Source: Octopus sinensis
Taxonomy: Eukaryota
DNA length: 64,000 nt
Reading direction: 5' to 3'
Assembly (NCBI RefSeq): GCF_006345805.1
Contig: NC_042999.1
Span: forward strand, 162,998,001 to 163,062,000
Below, piece by piece: positions 52,901 through 61,800 of this stretch. Position 1 is the stretch's first letter, and each line of letters starts with the position of its first letter. Under the pieces are notes generated by a model. It made no database searches. It was not told the DNA's origin and was given only the letters and a program-made list of their open reading frames with translations. The position numbers and the translations under genes are program-made.

Positions 52901-55900
52901 GCTGGATTGACATAGATGTGTGTTGCATTCAAGAGTTAAGGTGGAGAGGAGCTTCTGCTAGGTTCCTCAGACAAAAACAAAGGTATAAAATCTTCTGAGT
53001 AGGCAATAGTGATGGGGTTGGTGATGTGGACATACTTCTTGCTTGGTAAGGCAATCAAGGTAGTCAGAGCATAGTCTTGCATTGTATGTAGGACCAGCAC
53101 AAGTGCATTGTACGTGGCATCAGCACAAGTGCATTTTACATGGTACCAGCATCTGCAAGACAAAGACCTCTTGATTGGAAGAAAGAGTGGGGGAATGACC
53201 ATAAAGGACATACCTGTATGTATGGATAGCTGCAATTTTACATAGCTTGACCTGTCTTCTGAAGCACAGTAAATTGTAAGAAGTCCTAGTCCCTTGTCCT
53301 CTTTTCAGTGAGGCTCAGTATCTTAAAATCCCTTCTCATCATTACTTTGCCCCAGATCTTCCTAGGTCTACCCCTTCCACAGATTCCCTCCACAATTAGA
53401 GATCAGCACTTCTTTATGCAGAGATAGACAAGAATGAGGTAAGAGAGAAGGAAGAGGCAGAAAGTGAAGTGGGTAACAGAAAACAAGACGATGAAAAAGA
53501 GGAGTATTGAAGTTTGCAGGGAAAAGAGGCAGCAATATTACATTAAAGGGAATAAAAAGGGAAGAGAGCATAATATGAAGAATAAGGAAGTGGAGGCTCA
53601 GTCATAAAACTGGTGATTATGTGAAGAGTTATGATGGGACTAAAAGAGGAATGGGAAATAAAGTTCAAGGGTTGAATTTTGACTAAACTGCGAAAATTAG
53701 CATGAAAATAAAAGGGTAGAAGTAGTGATGATGATGGCTGAGAATGGCTAGTTAATTAGTAGTGTGAGGAAATAAGGACATGGGAGACGCTTGTCAGTGA
53801 TGAAGAGTACATGAATATATGAAGTAAATAAAAGCAATTTAAAAATGAAAAGAGTAAATAAAAGAAATATAACAGGTACAAAGTGATAGTGATTTGTCGT
53901 ACCTGGCAATAAATGGGAGCCTGGTTTGTAGAGAACATATCCTTTAACTTAGCTGTATCCTTGAAGTTTTTTGGTAAACCATCAATAAGAAGACATTTTG
54001 AGTTCAACTTGTCATAAGAAGCCACCAAATTTTCCTCAATGAAATCACATGCCAGAAGATTATTCTTGTATTTCTGACAGTTCAAACCCTCTTTAATACA
54101 AGTGGACTTTTCCTTATTGTGGCAATATTCAAATATAGCATAATTTTTGCTTTCCCCTAAAATTAGAAAAAAAAAAAAAAAAAAATGAAATGACCACAAA
54201 GAAAAAAAGCTTAAGAAATTGAATGTGAAATCTTAACAGCAACCTTAAAAAGTATTTACCCATAGGTTTTAACTTTTACTTAAAAGAAAACCAAGGACCT
54301 GATAATAGTTTTCTCCTGTCTTTATTCCCATTTTGTTTAGCATGTGACCCTAATTTTCGATTCATGACAGTTCTTGTAGTCAAATTACTTCCTGCCTGGT
54401 GATATTGCTTTTAGTAAGACCTCAACATTTTTTCATTTACAAATAAACAAAAGAGATCTCTTCAAGTTTATATTATAATGGAAAGTCATCATCATTATCA
54501 TCATCGCTAATCTTCCATAGTGACAAAGAGTGGAAAGATGACAGGATCCAACAAGCCAGAGGACTGCATCAAGCTCCAATGTCAGCTTTCAAATGGTTTC
54601 TCTGGTTAGATGCCCTTCTTAATGCCAACCATTACCAATACATAGAGTGTACTGCGTGCTTTTTTCCTAATACAAACACCAGTGGGGTCACCATGAAACT
54701 TGCAAGACAAAGAAGCCCTCATGACTGAGTGAGGTTATAATAGAGAGAGAGAGAGGTGGCTTTATGCCAGGTATTGAGATGCTGAAGCAGCATATAGATA
54801 GACAGACACAAGTGTCTCACAATAGAAGAAATATAAGGAGTAGCTAGAAAGATAATGATGGTGGTGATGAGGTGTCAGAGCATACTCTCAAGGTACAAGA
54901 ATGTGAGTTAGTATAATATAGAATATGGACAAAGAATCAGGAAGGGTCAATGAAGTTCTTATTAGAATATATTTTAAAAAGTATATATTAAAAATCCTTT
55001 TAAGTTTAATAAAGAAAATAAAATAACCTAAATTTTAAGCTGACTATTATTGAATTAAAAACCCTACATTTGCTTCACTGATCTGAAAGCAAAAGTGAAG
55101 ACGAAAACCTTAATATCATTGTTTCTTGTGCAAGACCGGCAGCTACCATAAAACTAAGTAAAAGAGTATTGCAACAAATCAATGAAATCATTTCTATCAT
55201 CCATTATTCATCCACATAGCCTTCAATATTATCAAACAATTCATCATTTCTTTAAGTTGTGAATTATTACCATTCAATTAACACTAAATATCATGACCAA
55301 GAAAAAACAAATTTAATAGATAATGTAACTATAAAATCTAAGGCTAAAAACAGCAGTAACCATTAATAAATATACTACCAACAGAAACTAAAACATGAAA
55401 TAGTTCAAATTATAAAAAGAACCCTAAAACAATACGCACCAGTTTCTTCACAACGCATCAGAAAGAATTTTTCCATTGGTCCATATGTGAGCAGTAACTT
55501 ATGAACTTCCATTTCCAAACAATCTTCAGGGAGATTCGTAAGACACAACATTTTATCACTAGGGTGCAAACTAACAGTAACATCAGTGTCAAGTAGTTGT
55601 TTACCACTCAGCTGTTCCACAATCTCTTCAGCATCTTCACCATTCATAAGAGTAACAATAGCTGTAAAGACAGTAATTCAAAAGAATGAACATCTTTGAT
55701 GTTTACACCATTCAACAGACATCCTACAGAAAAAAAAAGTTTTATTAATTCATAATAATGATCTCTTAGGCGCAGGAGTGGCTGTGTGGTAAGTAGCTTG
55801 CTAACCAACCACATGGTTCCAAGTTCAGTCCCACTGCGTGGCATCTTGGGCAAGTGTCTTCTGCTATAGCCCCGGGCCGACCAATGCTTTGTGAGTGCAT

Positions 55901-57763
55901 TTGGTAGACGGAAACTGAAAGAAGCCTGTCATATATATGTATATATATATATATATACGTGTGTGTGTGTTTGTCCCCCTAGCATTGCTTGACAACCGAT
56001 GCTGGTGTGTTTACGTCCCCGTCACTTAGCGGTTCGGCAAAAGAGACCGATAGAATAAGTACTGGGCTTACAAAGAATAAGTCCCGGGGTCGAATTGCTC
56101 GACTAAAGGCAGTGCTCCAGCATGGCCGCAGTCAAATGACTGAAACAAGTAAAAGAGTAAAGAGTAATATTCAAACCATTCAATATTAATTTAAGGTTTA
56201 CTGGTTTCAAACATTAAACTGTGACTATGAAGGGACAGCAGATTCAAAGGTGTAATTGACTACATCAACTCCAATATTGGTTTTACAGAAGGCAAAGTGA
56301 ACCCGAGTGACAACCAAATACAAAGTATTTTGCTGATACCCTACTAATTTTGCCATCTACCACCTAATGACCAAAATAACGTGGTGGTGGAACAATGTTG
56401 TTGACAGGGCTATTAGAGAAAAGAAACAGGCTTGGAAGGACTGGAAGAACGGTGGTAGCAGGGAATTGTATTAGACTGTCAGAAGGGAAGCTAGGAGGCA
56501 GGTTTATTTAGCCAGAGGGGAAGCAGATAAGAAAAAATTTGCCAATGTTCTGCGCCGTGAGGATGAAAGACTTGAGGTATTTCATGTTGCAAGACAGTGT
56601 GTGGGAGAGAAATGTGTTTGCATGGGTGATGGTTCACTTGCACTAAACGAGGCTGCAAAGAGAGAGGTTTGGAGACGCCACTATACAAGGTTGCTGAATA
56701 AAGAAAATGAATGGGAGAAAGAGAGTCTGCCGAATGTCGACCCAACAGAGGTACCTGCTATCCGAGTTGACAGTACCTTGGCAGATAAAGCAATTAAGAG
56801 TATGAAGACAGGGAAAGCCCCTGGCCCATCAGGAATCACTGCAGAGATGATCAAAATATCTGGCAGTGTTGGCTATAGTCTAGTCACCCATATAGTTAAC
56901 CAGGTGATACATGAAGGTGTCATACCCAATGACTGGTGTAGCAGCACTATAGTCAAGTGCTAGAAAGGAAAAGGTGACGCTTTAGATACAAATAATTACA
57001 GAAGTATCAAGTTGTTAGATCAGGTAATGAAGATCATGGAGAGGGTCATAGCCCAACTAATTACAGAGAGAGTCAGTTTGGATGAGATGCAGGTTGGGTT
57101 TGTGCCAGGGAAAAGCACCACTGATGCTATATTTCTGGTAAGACAGCTGCAGGAGAAATACCTAGCCAAAGATAAACCTCTGTACCTGGCTTTTGCTGAC
57201 ATGGAGAAAGCCTTTGACAGGATCCCCCGATCCCTTATCTGGTGGTCAATGCGGAAACTAGGGATAGATGAGTAATTAATGAGAGCTATACAAGTCATGT
57301 TCAGGGACGCTGTCAGTAAGGTGAGGGTTTTTATTTTAATGTTTTCGTTTCTCATTGTGTTCAACGTTTGTTTGATGTCCTGTACCCATATTTGCATGTA
57401 TATATACATATAGATGTAGGTATGTACATACATATATGTATATATGCATATATTTATATATTATCTATATTATTATATGATCGAATGCCACGCATCCTTT
57501 TTGAAGTAAGTTTTTTTATATATATGCATGTATATATATATGTGTATATTTATGTATATATAGATATGTATATAAATGTATGTATATATATATATATAGA
57601 CGAGTGATTAATGAGAGCTATACAAGCCATGTTCAGGGACGCTGTCAGTAAGGTGAGGGTTTTTATTTTAATGTTTTCGTTTCTCATTGTGTTCAACCTT
57701 TGTTTGATGTCCTGTACCCATATTTGCATGTATATATACATATAGATGTAGGTATGTACATAC

Positions 57764-57810
<47 letters not shown>

Positions 57811-58774
57811 GGTATACATATAATATATCATCATCATCATCATCATCGTTTAGCGTCCGTTTTCCATGCTAGCATGGGTTGGACGGTTCTACTGGGGTCT
57901 GTGAAGCCAGAAGGCTTCATCAGGCCCAGTCAAATCTGGCAGTGTTTCTACGGCTGGATGCCCTTCCTAACGCCAACTACTCCGAGAGTGTAGTGGGTGC
58001 TTTTTACATGCCACACGCACAGGTGCCAGACAGAGCTGGCAAACGCCCACGAACGGATGGTGCTTTTTATGTGCCACCGGCACGAGGGACAGGCGAGGCT
58101 GGCAACGGACACGAAACGGGGCGGTGCTGGCAACGGTCGCGAAACGGAAGGTTCTCTTACATGCCACCGGCACTGAAAAATATATATACATAAAATATAT
58201 AATATAAACCCCGCCTCGAATGGCTTCTGTGCCGGTGGCACATAAAAAGCACCATCCGAACGTGGCCGATGCCAGCACCGCCCCGACTGGCTTCTGTGCC
58301 GGTAGCACATAAAAAACACCAACCGATCGTGGCCGTTGCCAGTGCCGCCTCGACTGGCTTCTGTGCCGGTGGCACATAAAAAGCACCATCCGAACGTGAC
58401 CGATGCCAACCCCGCCTCGAATGGCTTCTGTGCCGGTGGCACATAAAAGCACCATCCGAACGTGGTCGATGCCAGCACCGCCTCGACTGGCTTCTGTGCC
58501 AGTGGCACATAAAAAAGCACCATCCGAACGTGGCCAATGCCAGCACCGCCCCGACTGGCTTCTGTGCCGGTGGCACGTAAAAAACCACCCACTACACTCA
58601 CGGAGTGGTTGGCGTTAGGAAGGGCATCCAGCTGTAGAAACACTGCCAGATCAGACTGGAGCAGCCCCTGGCCCCCCAGACCCCGGTCGAACCGTCCAAC
58701 CCATGCTAGCGCGGAAAACGGACGTTAAACGATGATGATGATGATGAAATCATCATCAAATGATGATGATGATA

Positions 58775-58820
<46 letters not shown>

Positions 58821-61800
58821 TTTTAAATTGTATATATCGTATGGGCAGTGGGCAGGTCCTTCTGGTCCTGTATGGGTAGTGAGACGTCCCCACCCTCCAA
58901 GAGTCTCCCGCTGCCTTGGAGGTAGGTTTCTTTGGTTAATCAAAGGCTAGGGTGTAAACCGTATCCAAATCTGGAGTGGAGTCCCTAAGGTGGTTAGGTG
59001 ATGAAGTCCATCATCTCTCCGGCAGCGCCTGCAGTCCAGTCGTGGCTAGGATGTGTTGTCCTGCGTCCCTCCTGGCTAGATCAGCTGGACTGAGTGGGGG
59101 GGGGGGTCCTGAGCTTGGGCAACCCAAGGCCTCAGTTCTCTTGCCCAAGATTCAGTGACTCCACCCTCTCTACTTTTTCTTCCAAGTCCTGACACGGTGG
59201 ACGAGTGGTGACGGTGACAGATGCAGGGAGCTGCAAGCCATGAACCTGCACTGGCAGGATGGTCATTGTGTAGCCAACAGGGGCAAGGGCATGGTTTGGC
59301 AGCCACTCTGACAACAGAGCAGCCCTCCTTAGGGAGAAGGATCTAGAAAAGGTGACCTAGAAAAGGTGCCTCATCTCATCCTGTCAGCATACCGCAGCTG
59401 ACTGGTCATCTACCACGCAGTCAAAGCGAAAGAACAACCCAAAATCCTCCCACCAGAAAAGCACTTTATGTGTTGGAGCCTGGAACATCAGGTCACTCAT
59501 GGACAGCCAAAACTGTGACAGACCAGAACGTCGAACAGCACTTGTGGGTTGTGAACTGCAGAGATACAGCATTGATGTTGCTGCCCTCAGCAAGACATGC
59601 CTTACCAACACAGAGGAGATCACTGAGGCTGGAGCTTGATACACTTTCTTTTGGTCAGGGAAGGCACCAGATGAATGCAGGGAAGCAGGAGTTGGCTTTG
59701 CCATTCACACTGCCCTCGTCAAGAACCTGGAGTCCCACCCAAGAGGAATCAGCAACCGCCTGATGGCGATGAGAATTTCTCTCCAAGGCAAGATGCACCT
59801 GACACTCATCAGTGCTTACGCCTCCACCACGACCTACACTGTGGAGCAGAGAGAACTATTCTATCAGAACCTCACCAAAGTGCTATGGTCAGTTCCTAAA
59901 GATGACAAGCTGCTGATACTCGGGGACTTCAATGCCCGTGCAGGCAGAGATGCCCAGTCTTGGCCAGATGTCATCAGACATGAGAATACCAATGGTCAAC
60001 TGCTACTCACCTTCTCTGCTGAGCAGAGACTCACCATCACCAATACCCTGTACCAACTGCCTGACATCAACAAAGCTACCTGGATGCCCCCAAGATCCAA
60101 GCATTGGCACCTGATTGACTGTGCTCACCAGGCGCCATGACATCCAGGATGTTCGCATCACTAGGGCAATGAGGGAAGCTGACTGCTGGACAGATCACCT
60201 GCTGTTGAGGTGCAGACTGTTTTTTTCCATCATCAGCAGACACAGACACCAGAAAGCTGATGTTAAAAAGAAACTGGACATCCAGAAATTCAATGAACCC
60301 AAAACAAAAGAGACCCTCATTGCTAACCTTGATCATCTGCCAGCAGAGGGAAACCTTGAGAAGGCCTAGGATGCAGTGTATGACTCCGCCAGCCTTACCG
60401 TTGACTACACAAAACGGAAACACTAAGACTGGTTTGACAACAACAAGGAGATCACCACCACCCTCCAAGAGAAGAAAGAAGCCTTCACTGCCTGGCTCAA
60501 TGACAAAGACTCCCAAGCCAAGCACGACCACCTCAAGAACATCCGAGGAAAGGTGCAGACTGAGCTGCGACAGATGAAAGACAAGTGGTGGGAAAACAAG
60601 GCTGCAGAACTACAGCAGTGTGCAGACGAGCACAACTCCAAGAAGTACTTTGCCGGCTTGAAACACATGTATGGTCCCACACTAAATGCAATGGCACCTG
60701 TGCACTCTACCAATGGAACCCTGCTTACTGAGAAGAGCAACATCATACAGTGCTGGAGTGAACACTTCAGTCAGCTGCTAAACAGACCTTCCCAGATTGA
60801 CCAGCAGGCTATCCAAGACATGCCACAGCACCCAGTCCTGATGTTGCTTGATGACCCTTCCTCCGACACTGGCAGAAATCCAGAAGGCCATCAAGCAACT
60901 ACACGTGGGGAAAGCACCTGGTCCTGATGGGAGTACCCCCATAGATCTTCAAAGAGGGAGGTGAAGCTGTTGCCATCAAGTTGACTGAGCTGATACAGCA
61001 GTTCTGGGATGAAGGGTCAGTGCCACAGGACTTCAATGATGCCAACATCGTGCATCTGTACAAGAACAATGGGGCAGAGCTTCATGTGACAACCACAGAG
61101 GCATCTCATTGCTGACACCTCCTGAGCCTCAGATTGAGGGCACAACTCTGAACAACGTGGAGAGCTTTACAGGGAAGCTGCCCGTCCTCAAACTTCAGCA
61201 TGGACAAAGATGTCTCCATGAAGCTTGCAAAAGCAAGAGCTTCGTTTGGCAAACTTTGGACACGTATGTGCGCTGAATGAAGTATCAGACTTTCCACCAA
61301 GCTGGCAGTCTATAAGGCAGTCGTCATCACCTCTCTGCTCTATGGCTGTGGGACGTGGATGCTGTATAGGAGGCAAATGTGAGTACTTAACCAGTTCCAC
61401 CTTCACTGCTTGCAACGAATCATGGGAATTTCCTGGGAGGACAGTCTACAACACTGAGGTGCTTCACAGAGCTGAAATGCTCGGGATCAAAGCCCTCATC
61501 ATGAAGGCCCAGCTCTGGTGGGTCGGACATGTAGTCCGAATGAACAACACATGTCTACCAAAGATGATGATCTTCTCTGAGCTGGCTTCTGGAGCAAGAA
61601 ACCCTGGAAGGCCACTGAGGCGATACAAGGACAGCCTGAAAACTTCCCTTGAGGCGTGCAGCATTTCAGCCCGTGGCTGGGAATCGCTTACCTCTGACCG
61701 CGGCGCCTGGCGTCCAACTGTATAAAAGAGTGTTAGGCTGTTCGAGGAAACGCGCTGTGTTCTTTCATTAATTGAAAATCATTTTGTGCAAACCATCTTT

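Noticed and set aside
58221-58588. Regularly spaced palindromic repeats resembling a CRISPR array
   Set aside because: The whole 67-bp unit repeats, there are no unique spacers or cas genes, and the context is a eukaryotic LINE 3' UTR.
59384-61664. Multiple minus-strand ORFs of 60-150 aa in the gene's orientation
   Set aside because: They are antisense shadows of the GC-rich RTE coding region and lack splice-compatible signals.
30066-61756. Longest LINE fragments are all antisense to the host gene
   Set aside because: This is a well-known orientation bias from selection in introns, and the numbers are small.
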